DNA of 60,000 bases from Lama glama (Eukaryota). The position numbers and the translations under genes were made by a program. The DNA lies in the NCBI GenBank assembly GCA_028534125.1, contig CM052816.1, forward strand, positions 97,466,001 to 97,526,000, in the 5' to 3' direction. The notes under the pieces were generated by a model, which was not told the DNA's origin, did no database searches, and saw only the letters and a program-made list of their open reading frames with translations. This document shows, piece after piece, positions 37,646 through 49,953 of this stretch; position 1 is the stretch's first letter, and every line of letters begins with the position of its first letter.

Positions 37646-38288
37646 CTTACCATATGATCCAGCAATCCCACTTCCAAGTGTATATCCAGGGGGAACTCTA
37701 ATGTGAAAAGACACAGGCACCCCAATGTTCACAGCAGCACTATATACAGTAGCCAAGACATGAGAGCAACCTCAGTGTCCATCAATGGATGACCAGATAA
37801 AGAAGTTGTGGTGTATTTACACAATGGAATACTACTCTGCCATAAGAAAGAATAAAATAAGGCCATTTGCAGCAACATGGATGGCCCTGGAGAATGTCAT
37901 TCTAAGTGAAGTAAGCCAGAAGGAGAAAGAAGAATACAATATGATATCACTCATATGTGGAATCATAAAAAAAAAGGACACTATGAACTTACCTACAAAA
38001 CAGAAACAGACATTCAGACTTAGTAAACAATCTTATGGTTACCAGGGAAAGGGAGTGGGAGGGGATAAATTTGGGAGTTTGATATTTACAAATGTTAGCT
38101 ACTATATATAAAAACAAATTTACAAAAGTTTCTTTTGTATAGCACAGGGAACTATACTCAATATCTTGTAATAACTTTTAGTGGAAAAAATATGAAAATG
38201 AATATATGTATGTATATACAAGACTGGAACACTGTGCCATACACCAGAGACTGACACATTGTAATTGACTGTACTTCAATTAAAAAAA
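37646..38288 (+). mobile_element. 5'-truncated young L1 (ORF2 C-terminus + 3'UTR)
   Basis: ORF 37785-38111 (IKKLWCIYTMEYYSAIRKNKIRPFAATWMALENVILSEVSQ) is the L1 ORF2 C-terminus. TSD AAAGACATTTA at 37635-37645 and 38289-38299. Confidence 0.95.
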
Positions 38289-38669
38289 AAAGACATTTAA
38301 TTCATTGGAATCCCAGAAAGAGGATAAGGAGAATGGAGCAGAAACAAAATTTAAAGAAAGATGGGAGTTATGCAAAACTGTTGAAAGACATTAATCCATA
38401 TATTCAAAGACTTCAGAAAAACCCAGGGAAGATGAATACAAAGTCAGCCTCACCAAGGTACATCATAGACACACAGATTAAAAGCAAAACTGAAAGGGAA
38501 CCCTTAAAAGGAGCCAGAGAAAAAGCTGTACCATTCTCAGAGAAGCAAGAATCAGAATGGTAGATGTATTTCCAACAGGAATCATCTCTAAAGTTTAAGA
38601 AACACCATCTACACTTCTGTACCTTGATAAAATATCCTTAGACATGAGGGCAAAATAAAGACATTACCA

Positions 38670-38765
38670 TGCGGCAGGGTTAGCTCAGTGGTAAAGCCCA
38701 TGCTTAGCACGCACGAGGTCCTGGGTTCAATCCCCAGTACCTCCACCGTAGAAAAAGTTATTATC
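38670..38765 (+). mobile_element. camelid tRNA-derived SINE
   Basis: A box TAGCTCAGTGG and B box GGTTCAATCCC. TSD AAGACATTA(C/T)CA at 38658-38669 and 38766-38777. Confidence 0.92.
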
Positions 38766-39928
38766 AAGACATTATCAGATAAATCGAAGCTGCGAGCCAT
38801 TGTCACCAGGAGGCCAACACTCTAAGAGATCATAAGAAAACTCCTCCCTACCAGCTGAAAGAAACACATGGTACAGAAACACAGGATCTCAGAAAGGAAT
38901 GAAGAACACGGGAAAACAGACAGTTGTGTCTCCACAAAAGGAAAAGAGACTTATTACAGGTACACTAATAACAGCATATATTTGAAATTTAAAGTAAACA
39001 TAAAAATAGAATACACGACACCCCTTGCAGTAAGTGCAGGAGAGGTGAGTTGACTTGCACGGCTGTAAGGTTTTCATGTTGTCCTTCAGAGGTAAAGTAC
39101 TAACTCGAGAAAGATGTGAGGCATTAAGGGCGGATGCTGTCACCTCTAAATTATCCACTACAGTAACAATGCAAAAAAAAAAAAGAGCTCAAATAAAATT
39201 GTACAGGTATTTTATTAACTAGAAGGGAAAAAAATCAGAACAGAGAAGCCATGAGACACTTAGAAAACAAAGAGAAATTTAACCATATTAGGAATTAAGT
39301 TTAATGTGAATGACTCAACAGTCCAGGTATAAGGCATACTTTAGACTGAACAAAAAATGCGGATCAAACTATGTGATGTTCGCAGGAGATGCAGTTTGTG
39401 TGTAAGAACACAGGCTGAAAGTTAAAGACATGAAAAGCATACACCGTTAGGCGGCTGCCCGGCCACCGAGGCTCTGTTAGTATCAGGCAGGCTTTAAGAC
39501 AAGTAGTATAAATGAGGAACATTTCATAGTGAGAGAACAGTCAATTCAACTGGAAGACAGAATAATCCTAAATATGCATCTACCTAATACATCGCTTCAA
39601 AGCACAGAAGCAAGTGGTAGAAGAATGAAAGGACAGGAAAGTCAACCGTCATAGTTGAAGAGTTTCACATCGTACCTTCAGAAAGATTTATGCATGTGTG
39701 TATAACATAACTGAGCAAAAATCGATGAAGATACAGGATTTTGAAGAACAACTTTATCGAGGCAAAATTGACATACAAATAAACTGTGAGCATTTAAAAG
39801 GTATCTTTTCAATAAAATCCATTGAGGCATCACTGCCTTCCAAACAATGAATGAAGCAGTTGCCCCAGACCTCCTTCACGCCCCTTTGTAATTCCTCACC
39901 CATGGCTTCCTCTCCAGCCTCCATCTCA

Positions 39929-40056
39929 GACACAGGGCGCTCATCCCATTCATGGCTCAATCACCTCCCAAAGGGCCCCCTCCCAGTACCATCACCTGGG
40001 CCGTTACACTTACCACATATGAGTTTGGGGAGCACACAGACATTCAGACCATAGCA
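39929..40056 (-). mobile_element. MaLR LTR end (MLT1A-like)
   Basis: AATCACCTCCCAAAGG.CCC..CC.AGTACCATCAC...TTTGGGGAG.ACACAGACATTCAGACCATAGCA. Confidence 0.75.
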
Positions 40057-41459
40057 ACTAGTGTACATTTTCTAGAATTTTATATAAATTGAATGATACA
40101 CCATGTAATTTTTTCAACATTTTTTCACTCAGCATGATTATTGTGAGGTTCATTCATGTTGCTACGTGTATCAGCAGTTGAGTTTTAAAATTTGATAAGC
40201 AGTATTTCATTGCATGGCTACAGCACAATCTGTGTATCCGCTCACATGTTTTGACTGTTTGCAGTTTGGAGCTGTTGCACACAGCACTGCTTCAAGCATT
40301 CATGTGTAAGTCTCTCATGGGTATGGGCATTCCTTGGACAAACACCTGGGAGTGAATTATCCGGATCATCCAACTGGTGTATGTTTAACTTTTTAAGGAA
40401 ATGACAAACTGTTTACCAAAGTGGTTGCACTGCCTAACACCCCAAACAGCAACACATGGGGGTTTAACTTCCTTCACCTCCTTAGTTACACTGGGAATGG
40501 TCAGTACTTAGCCATTCTGATACGTTTTTACTGACATGTCCTGATTTTGATTGGCATTTCCCTAATGACTAATGATGACACGTTTCTTCACATGCTTATT
40601 TTTCATCTGTACGCATTCTCTGGTGAAATGTTTATTCAATACTCTGGTCCATTTGTATTATTTATTTTCCCATTGAATTTTGAGAGTTCTTTGTACATTC
40701 TGAATATAAATCTTTCCAGATACATAATTTGCAAATGTTTTCTTCCAATCTGATTCTTGCATTTTATTGCTTTTTAAAAAAAGTTTTTTCTTTAAGGCAG
40801 AGGTTGTTAATGTATCAAATTTTTTGTCTTTTAGGTATCATGCTTTTGAATACAAGAAATTTGTCTAACCCAAAGTCATAGAAATTTTCTCCAATGTTTT
40901 CTTCTAGAAGTTTTAGAGTTTAAGATTTTACATTTTAGAGAGGTCTGTGATTTATTTTGAGTTAATTTTTGTGTGTGTGGTGAGGGATGGATTGAGGTTA
41001 GTTGTTTACATATAGATATACAATTATTCCACCATCATTTGTTAAAAAGTTTTTTTTCTTTCCCTACTCAATTACTCTTGCACGTTTTCCCAAGATCAAA
41101 TGTATATATATAATCACAAAATATATTTTATGTATGTAATTTTATGTATTTATTACACATATGTATGGATCTATTTCTGTGCTCTATTCTGTTCCATTGA
41201 TCTGCTTTTCAATATTTACACAAACACTGTGTTATTCTGATTACCTTAGCTTTATCATGAATTGAAGTAAGGTGATTCAAGTCCTCTAACTTTGTTTTCT
41301 CTTGTTCACATTTGTTATGACTGTTCAAAATTTGTGTTTCCATATGAATTTTGTAATCAGGTTGACAATTTCTACAATAAGCTGTTGGAATTTTTATGGG
41401 GACTGTGATGAATTTATAGAATAATTTGGGACGATACACATTTTCATCATACTGAGTCT

Positions 41460-41900
41460 TGTTTTATAAATGAGCCAAAAATGACCTCCTTTGTTTTGAT
41501 CCCAGGTTGTTTATTTGTTCACTGCAGGCTGAGACCTGTTAGCTCAAAAACCCTGCAGCACCAAACTCAAATTTTCACACAACCTATTATTTAAAAATAG
41601 CCCAAAAGATCAAGCAAGCCATTTAGAGCCTGTCTGCTTTGCATACCTGATGAAACCTCACCTCCCATCTGTTGGCCATTGGAAGACAGAGCCTTGTAGT
41701 CATAAGACCTCAAGAGACAGGTACCCTTCCAAGCTCTCTGTCTGAGGGACTCCCTGCTGTGCTGCTGGGTGCCGTCACTTAGACAGGTGAGCCTGACCCT
41801 CTCTCCCCCAGGAGTTCCCTTGCCCTTCCCTCCTCTGGATGGTGGTCCCACAGTTGTACACTTGTGAGTGGTTTCATGCTGGGAGGGGCTCCTCGTCACA
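41460..41900 (+). mobile_element. ERV1-class LTR (MER34/MER39-like)
   Basis: Starts TGTTTTATAAATGAGCC, interrupts the L1, and shares a motif with 34055-34330. Confidence 0.6.
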
Positions 41901-42218
41901 CAGCCCTGTCCAAGCATGCACGGTAAAGCTGGTTGTGTGCTCCACCAGGTCACAGCTTTTTCCCGAATCAGCTCCCACGGTCGCCCACCCACACAAAGGG
42001 CACACCTCTTCTCTTATTTAGGATTTCTTGAACTTCTCCCAACCCCGTTTTACAGTTTTCACCGCACAAGTCTTGAACAACTTTGGTCAGATTTTTGCCT
42101 AGGTATTTCATATTTTTGACACTGTTAGAGGTATTTTAAATCTTATTTTAATGTGTACATTTTTGTTAGCATCCAGAAGTACTATTGCTTTTCTCGTATT
42201 TCCTCATTCTGCTGCTGC

Positions 42219-42688
42219 AGTTACGGAATGCAAGCTTGTGTGCCCGTCACACAGTGAGGATGAACGAACTGAGCTGTTGGAGTCTGGAGCAAAGAAAGGT
42301 TTATCGCAGGTCTGGGCAAAGAGAGTGGGTAGCGTGTGCCCCCAGACCCCGAACTCCCTGAAGGGTTTCAGCAAAGCATTTTTAAAGAGCGGGTGGTGGG
42401 GGTGGGGGTGGTCACAGGGTATGTGATCAGTGTGTGCACAACCCTCTGATTGGTTGATGGTGCGATCACAGGGCTGTTAACGTCACCAGTCCTGGGGCGC
42501 CAGTAGGTCTGGGGCTGGTGATCACCAAGTAGCTAATGTCCTCCATGAGACGGTGCTCTCAGCAGCTGTGAGACAGCTCAGGACGTGAGCGCCAGGCGGT
42601 AACATCTAGGGACGTCGGAGAGGAGCTACAGCAGAGGGTACGGGGCAGGCTGTCCCTGGGAGGCCCCATAGGGCACTGCTCGGTCACA
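42219..42688 (-). mobile_element. ERV1-class solo LTR (cetartiodactyl family)
   Basis: Reverse complement starts TGTGACCGAGCAG and ends ..GTAAC. Near-TSD CTGC/CTAC; GGAGTCTGGAGCAAAGAAAGGTTTAT motif. Confidence 0.85.
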
Positions 42689-44329
42689 CTACCTTACGGA
42701 ACGCACATAATACATCTGCTAACTGTACCTGTAGACCCCATACGGTTTCCCACAGTTTCTAGATCTTAGCTACATTTCACCAGTTAAGCCAGGGGGGTTG
42801 GAATTTTCTTTTTGGAAAGGTTTTTGAAGAACAAATTCAATGTCTTCAAAAGACATAGGGCTAGTCAGGTGATTTATTTATTTCTTCTCAATAAATTTCA
42901 GTTCATCTTCCAGGGAGCTTGTTTACTGCGACCAAGTGGATGGAGTTTTAAGCATAAGGTGTTCAGTCCATCACGCTAACATTGCAGGTGTGCCTGATGG
43001 CGGCGTTCCTCACTGTCTGCCTACTGTCTCTGTCTCTGCCGCCTCCCCTCCCCCCGCCATGCGTCTGGCTAGAAGCTTATCAACTTTGTTGATCTTATTA
43101 AAGAACTACCCTTCAGTGACATTGATTTGAGATCTTTTTTTTTTCTAATATAGGTATTTATTGCTATACATTTTCCTCTTAGCGCTCCTTTAGTGGCATG
43201 TCACAAATTTTGGTGAGTTATGTTTTTCTTCCCATTCAGATTAATATACTTTCTAATTTCCCTTCTGACTTCTTGGAACTATCTTGAATTGTGTTATTTA
43301 AATTTCAAATATTTTGGAAAAGTTTCATCTGTTACTAATTATTAATTTATTTCTGCTGTGGTCAGAACATATTTTTTATGACTTGGATCTTTTTAAATTT
43401 ATTGAGACATTTTACAGTCAAAACATCGGTGTATCTTTGTAAGTTCTCATGTTCAGTTGAGAAGAATGTGTATTCTGCTGATGTTATTGTTTCATAAAAA
43501 TTAATTAGGTCTAGTTGGTTCATAGTGTTGCTTGAAACTATTCTAAGAAGAAAATAAAGATCTATATATTTCTCTATCTACATTGCTTCCATGATTTAAA
43601 AATGCCTAGCATTTTTGCTGCAGTAAAAATGACAAAATTTGTAGTACCTTGGAACCAGTTTATTGTCACTTGTGCCAAGTGGAAATGTGAAGTAGTTAAA
43701 ATGTCTTACAGATAATTTGCTGATTATACAGATAACCACTTTCTTTTTTTTTTTTAAATTCCATTCTTTGTTTTAATTCATGTGGTAGTGTTGTCCTCTA
43801 CTTTTTGATCCAGCAGGTTCATGGTGGAAATTAAAATGTCAAGTTTCTTTTAAGGAACTTTTAAAGACTATCAGTTAAGTTGTATTTCATAAGTGGTAAA
43901 GAAAGTCTTCACGTTAGGAAAAATCTTGTTCAGCACAGTAGTAACTGGCTGAAAAAGTGTAAATTATGTCAAAACGAGAATGTGATATTATTAGAAATAA
44001 AGAGGTAAAGGATATTTCCCTCAGTTAAGCAGTACAACTGGAACTTTTTACTCTTTAACATGACTTTTATAAATGCATGGTTAATAATTTTACTTGCTGT
44101 TACTAATTAATAGCTTATTAATGTTTTCCTCACTTCTAAGAATACATTTTAAATGACGAAAAATTGTCCAACAGCTTTAATTGAAAAATGAAACTAGATA
44201 TTGAGTAAATTTTATACTTCTTTTATTAAAAATGCTTAGGAAAAAACTTGCTGTGTATTATAAAAATATTTGAGGAGCAAATCATGCCAGTTTTAAACAC
44301 ATTTTTCAGAATATAGAAAAATATGAACC

Positions 44330-45900
44330 ATTTTCTAACTTTATACTAAAAGCTGGCAAGGACATTACAAGTTAAGAAAATTATAGATCAATATCCTATG
44401 AACAAAAATCCTTCATAAAATGTTAACAAGTCAAATCTAGGGATAAATTAAAGGGATAATATTTCATGGTCAAGTGAGATTTATTCCATGAACAAAAAGT
44501 TGGTTTCACAACTGAAATTCAATCAAAGTAATTCACTCATGAACAGATAAGGGAGAAGGTCCATTTATTTGTCTCAATAGATAGAGAAAAGGAAGCTGAT
44601 AGAATTTAATATCCAGCCATATTAGAATCTTTCTGAAAAAAATAGGACTAAGAAAGGAAATTCCTCAGGCTAATAAAGGGTATGCTGAATAATCTAGAGC
44701 TGACATCACAGTTAATATTCAATAATTTCTTCTTATATTGTGGAAAAGACAAGGACATTCACCATCACTGAGTTTCTTCAACACTGTATGGGAAGTCTTA
44801 GCCACTACAATGAAACATGAAAAAAAAGTTAATAACATTTATAACTGTTAGAAGTAAAACTTGTTTTATTTTCAGATGACATGACTGTGTACATTCAGAT
44901 CCAGAATAATCTGAAGACAAAACAAAAACTAATGAGTAAATTTAGCAAGGCCATAAGATACAAGGTCAACGAACAAAAATAATGTATATTTTGAGATTCA
45001 GCAAAAAACAATTAAAAAATTAATAAAAAAAATTTTAAATGCAAGTAACATTTTCAATAGGATCAAATCATTTAAAACTTTAGGGACTAATTTAACAAGA
45101 ATATGCCAGATCTCTTTACTGAAAACTACAGACTATTACTGGTGAAAATTAAAAGAGACTTAAGTATGTGATGGAATAAATCAATAAAGAAGAAGAAAAG
45201 GTGTTTAATGTCAATACTCTTCAGGGAAATGCAGACCAAAGGCACAGAGTCACAACTCCACACCCTCTAGAAGGTCATGATGACTCAGACAAGGGTGGGC
45301 AAGGAAACGCAGCAATGCTCTTACGTGTGCTGTTGGACGTGAGAAAGCCATGAGCTCTTTGGAAGACTGTGTCTGGCAGTTTCCATCCAAAATAATATTA
45401 AAATTAATGGACTTTGGAATTCTACTCTTAAATGCATATAAGGGAATATAAATAGATTCTACAATTCATTTACTGGAGTGTTCATAGCTTTCCTATGCAC
45501 AACAGTCAAAACGAAGAAAAACTCAGATACTCACCAACAGGTAAGTGGGTAAGAATCCATATTATGCAACAATTTAAAAATAAACTACTGGTAAATGCAA
45601 AAATATGGAAAGCTCTTGAACGTATTTGTTGAGTGAAAATGACCAGATGTATCAAATTGAATATCCTGATTCCATTTATATGAAGTAAAAACCAAACCAA
45701 ACCAAGGCAAAGCAAACAAAAAATCAGAATGAACTGATATGTATTGAAGTCAGAATAATGGGTACCTTGGGGGACAAAGACTTTAAAGTTGTACTAGGAG
45801 CTCCCACCCAGTGTTTGTTTATTTTTCCACACTGAAAATGATAGGATTGTATGTAAGCCATATATATCTCATGAACACATTGAAAGTATCTATAGAAGGA
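44330..45900 (+). mobile_element. old L1M, ORF2 RT region to 3' end, degenerate
   Basis: GAAAATTATAGATCAATATCC, CAAGTGAGATTTATTCCA, TTTTCAGATGACATGACTGT (FADDM-like) and TTTAGCAAGG..GATACAAGGTCAA. Confidence 0.8.
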
Positions 45901-46067
45901 TATTTCTTAACCTGGAATCGTGTAAAAACAATGAAAAGAATTATTGAGAAAAACAGATCTTTAAATTATAATACAGTTTTTGTCAGTAGCCAATCTGACA
46001 TTTTTAACACAGCGGAGAGACCACCGCAGCTGGTTAGAAGCCAATCTCTCTTCCCTAAAAGCTTCAG

Positions 46068-46645
46068 CAACACTATATACAATAGCCAAGACATGGACAC
46101 AACCTACATGTCCATTGAGAAATGACTGGATGAAGAAGTTGTGGTATATTTATACAATGGAACACTACTCAGCCATGCAAAAGAATAAAATAATGCCATT
46201 TGCAGCAACATGGATGGACCTGGAGAATGTCATTCTAAGTGAAGTAAGCCAGAAAGAGAAAGAAAAATACCATATGCTGTCACTCGTATGTGTAGTCTAA
46301 AAAAGGAAAAAGGAAGACATTAACAAACTCCTCTACAAAACAGAATCAGATGTAGTAGACAATCTTACAGTTACCAGGGGAAGGTGGGTGGGAAGGGATA
46401 CATTTGAGAGTTTGAAATTTGCAAATGATAACCACTATACACAAAAATAGATAAATAACCAAATTTCTTCTGTACAGCACAGGGAACTCTATTCAATATC
46501 TTGTAACAACCTTTAATGAAAAAGAATATGAAAATGAATATATGCATATATATGCATGACTGGGACATTATGTGGTACACCAGAAATTGACACATTTTAA
46601 CTGACTATACTTCAATAAAAAATCAAAAATAAAATAAAATAAAAT
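46068..46645 (+). mobile_element. 5'-truncated young L1 (ORF2 C-terminus + 3'UTR)
   Basis: ORF 45980-46300 (TIAKTWTQPTCPLRNDWMKKLWYIYTMEHYSA) and an (AAAAT)n tail. TSD AAAAGC(T/C)TCAG at 46057-46067 and 46646-46656. Confidence 0.95.
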
Positions 46646-46668
46646 AAAAGCCTCAGAAACTCTTCAAC

Positions 46669-46980
46669 CAGGGCAGTCCATTAGAAAGAAAACAGGGGAC
46701 GATATATCATGTAAAATTTTCTAGTAATCACATTAGGAAATTTAAAAGAAACAGGTAGAAGTAACATTAATAATGCATTGTATTTAACCTAGTATATCTG
46801 AAATATTATCATCTTAACATGGAATCAAAATTAAAAATTAATATAGTATTTTATGATCTCTTATTCCCACCAAGTCGTTGAAATCTGGTGTGAATTTTAC
46901 ATGCAGTACATCTCGGTCTGGACCACCCATATTTCACGTGCTCACAGGCCCAGTGTCTAGTGGGGACTGTGCAGGAGGAC
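46669..46980. mobile_element. MER33-like hAT-Charlie MITE
   Basis: AAAATTTTCTAGTA..CACATTA..AAA..TAAAAGAAACAGG, TTGAAATCTGGTGTG.ATTTTACA and CATATTTCA.GTGCTCA. Confidence 0.8.
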
Positions 46981-49549
46981 AGGGGGAGGAAGGACGTTTC
47001 CATCTTAGTTTTGTGCTTTTTTTTTGTTGTTGTTGACGGGGATGGGGTTGTGGGAGGAGAGTGGGCATAGGAAGCACAGAACCCAAATGCACATCTTTTT
47101 ATTTGCCATTTAGTCAGCAGTTTCTCCTCAATTTTAGCTAGTCTTCCATGAGTTTTGAACCTGCATATATTTCTCAATTTTGTTCACACTATGAGAGGCT
47201 TAAAAAAAAGATCCTGAGTGATGCCTATAGTATTTCCTTTATATGTCAGTAGGATAACTAATGAAATATGCGGTGTCTTTGCCATGAGCAATCTCTAAAT
47301 GCCACACCGAATTTTGGTAATCACGTAGGTATTTAATAAAACCCCCTAGAATCTATCGTGGGGGGAATTTTAAGGTTCTGGTTTCTAGTTGGCAGGAATC
47401 TGATTTTTTTCCTCTGTTAAAAAAAGGGGGGACTGTATTTACTCATCTGAAGCGTATCGAACCCTGAAAATTTCCTGGGATTTCGGAAGGACTGGAGTTT
47501 CTGAGCGCCACGCTTGCATCTTGCACTCATGTCATGAAGCGAGGGGCCTTCGTCCACCATCCTCCCTCGTCAGGACATTGTACCTCTTACCTGTACTCCC
47601 TCTCCTCTGTTGTGCTCCTTGATGGAGAAGATGGAACAGGAGAATCAGTTTCTAAGTAGTTCTGCTTCCTCTCCTGTCATCTGTTAAAATTAAATCACCC
47701 ACCACAAACTATGCTTTCATCTCCATTTTCCTCTTATTTTACCCAAAATACAGAGAGAAACGAGGCTTATTATTTTGATATGTCATATAAAGCTTTTTAT
47801 CATGTGGAAGATTAACTCTCCTGGAAGATGGATTATGATCATTTATCCACGGGTCCACACGGCTTCTTTAATCTTCGCTATTCAGTCTACGAGAGTTGGA
47901 GCTGAGCAGACATCTAGTGAAGTCACGGGTGCTGCATAAAGTCAGCGCAGCAGAAATTAAGTGCCGACCAGCCTGTGCTCAATAACATGGCAGATTCAAA
48001 ACAAACATTTTTTTGATTAAACAGCTGACATTTTTAGAGGCAGAACGTCACTGGCTTCATAGACCTGTCTTTATTGTTATTGTTATTATTGCTTAAACTT
48101 CTATGTTTCCTGGGTCCTGCACTGTGACAGTTCTAACTTATGCTAGAAGCCTGTCCTCAGTCTTGAAAAAAATTAATCTTGCCTATTTGGTAAAAGGAAC
48201 TCTGGACAGGCATGGGCAGGTCTGTTGATGCAGGTGCTAAAGACTATTTCAAAAGTTGAAGTCAGAAAAACATTATAAGAACACAGTCCTTTTCTGTATT
48301 TAATAACCACAGAAATCCTGTTCTGCGTATAATTACTTTATGAGGTTACTTGTCAAAGTCCATTTTGGAGAAAGTTTTAATGTCTCTCTTGTAGAATTAC
48401 AGTATTTAATTTCATAAAGCTTTTTATTGGAACTGGTCATCGTGGATAACAGTATTCAGACTGATATCTTTAACTCTGACTATAGATAAAGCGTCTACTT
48501 GTTTTTTGTTAGACCAAAGGGTCTTAGACCATCATGTTTTCTTCTCCTTTATCCTTTGAAGTAACTATGCCAATGACTCTGGCAGATTCCATAGTTTAAA
48601 ACAGCGTGCACACAGTGGAGCCAAGGAGAGGAGCAGGGGGGCTACTGCACCCCGCAGATCTGCACAAAGTTCTCTCAGCATGGCTGGAGGGCAGTTTCTT
48701 GTTCTCCATCAGGAGTCTGCTGTCTCTGTGGCAAGTCTAACCAGGGACGAAAACGTGGTGCAGAAATCATGTGGGGGGTCTGCAGAGCTGTAGCAAGAGA
48801 GTTAAGAAAAACACAAGCATCCACATAAATTTTTCTCTCGGTGGGGGACTCACCAGGTTAAAAGCAATCTTGGTGATTTTTTCTATTCTTTCTGGTACAG
48901 ATAATTTTTCACAGATTTGAAAATTTGATGAAACATACATCCCTCTTTTCTCGTGCAGATTGTAGAACATACGCCCGGCGATGGGGAGAGATGTTTTCTT
49001 GGTCACTAAGAAGCCAAATATTAGATGGAGGTCCTCAAGAGAAAAACCACCACAGTCTCGATTTCAGGCATCCTCTTTCTGTCAACAGTTCCATCGCTTC
49101 CTGTCTCCAGCTTTCCACTGGCAGGAACACTCCAACCCACTGGGAGGTTCCATCCACGGATTCCACAGCCACGCCCACGGCCTTTCACCACTGACTGAGA
49201 AGTCATAGAAAGGAAAATAACCTAGGGGTGCACAGAAGGTGAGGACCCTACATTTTCCCTCTTTTGATTGATTTCTGATTTTCTTAATTCTGTCAAATAA
49301 AAATACCAAATAGAGGACTAAAGAATCAGATCAAACATGATTATCAGTCTACACAGCCAGATCTTTCTCTTAGCCTGGGACCTCTCATCACTTCCTCTTA
49401 TTTCTTCATGTAGACCGTTCTTTCTTTCCCATTCGAGGGATTTCACAAAACAGCATCATATTCTTTTTGTTTTTGTGTTTTACATGGCATGCTCACATTA
49501 TTTATTTTCAAATTATAACATACCCTTAATGGCCAATAAGTTCACGTGT

Positions 49550-49953
49550 CTTTTTTTGAAGTACTGTTGTTCTACAGTGTTATATTAGTCTCAGGAGTAC
49601 AACATAGTGATTCAATATTTTTATAGATTATAGTCCTCTTAACTTTATTATAAAATATTGGCTATACTCCTTGTGTTGTACAATATATCCTTGTATGTTA
49701 TTTATTTTATACCTAGTAGTTTGTACCTATCAATGCCATGCCTCTATCTTGCCCCTCTCTCCTTCCTTCTCCCCGCTGGTAACCACTAGTTTGTTCTCTG
49801 TATCTATGAGTCTGTATCTATTTTGTTATGTTTCCTTATTTGTTTTAATTTTCAGATTTCACATATAAGTGAAAGCATATGTTGCTCTGTCTGACTTACT
49901 TCACTAAGCATAGTACCCGCCAGGCCCATCCATGTTGTTGTAAATGGCAAAAT
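49550..49953 (-). mobile_element. L1 3' end (L1MA/cetartiodactyl type)
   Basis: GTACAACATAGTGATTCAATATTT, GGTAACCACTAGTTTGTTCTCTGTATCTATGAGTCTG and CCATCCATGTTGTTG. Confidence 0.88.

Larger units (their letters stand above)
37590..39752 (+). mobile_element. old L1M, ORF1 and ORF2-endonuclease remnant (host of a younger L1 and a SINE)
   Basis: ORF 38333-38563 (LKDINPYIQRLQKNPGKMNTKSASPRYII...LKGAREK) resembles L1 ORF1p. 39270-39450 decodes to a degenerate LNVN..LN..QDPTICCLQE..LKVK endonuclease start. Confidence 0.85.
39753..43540 (-). mobile_element. old antisense L1M (3' end to ORF2), interrupted by LTRs
   Basis: TTTATCGAGGCAAAATTGACATACA, TTGGCATTTCCCTAATGACTAATGATG, TTTTCTTCTAGAAGTTTTA, GTTTCCATATGAATTT and TTGAGAAGAATGTGTATTCTGCTG. 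Confidence 0.8.

Noticed and set aside
37785..38563. ORFs with real protein homology
   Set aside because: Decayed L1 ORF2 and ORF1 fragments, not host genes.
38670..38745. tRNA-like sequence with A and B boxes
   Set aside because: It is a SINE: TSD, A-rich tail, several diverged copies in the window and no good cloverleaf.
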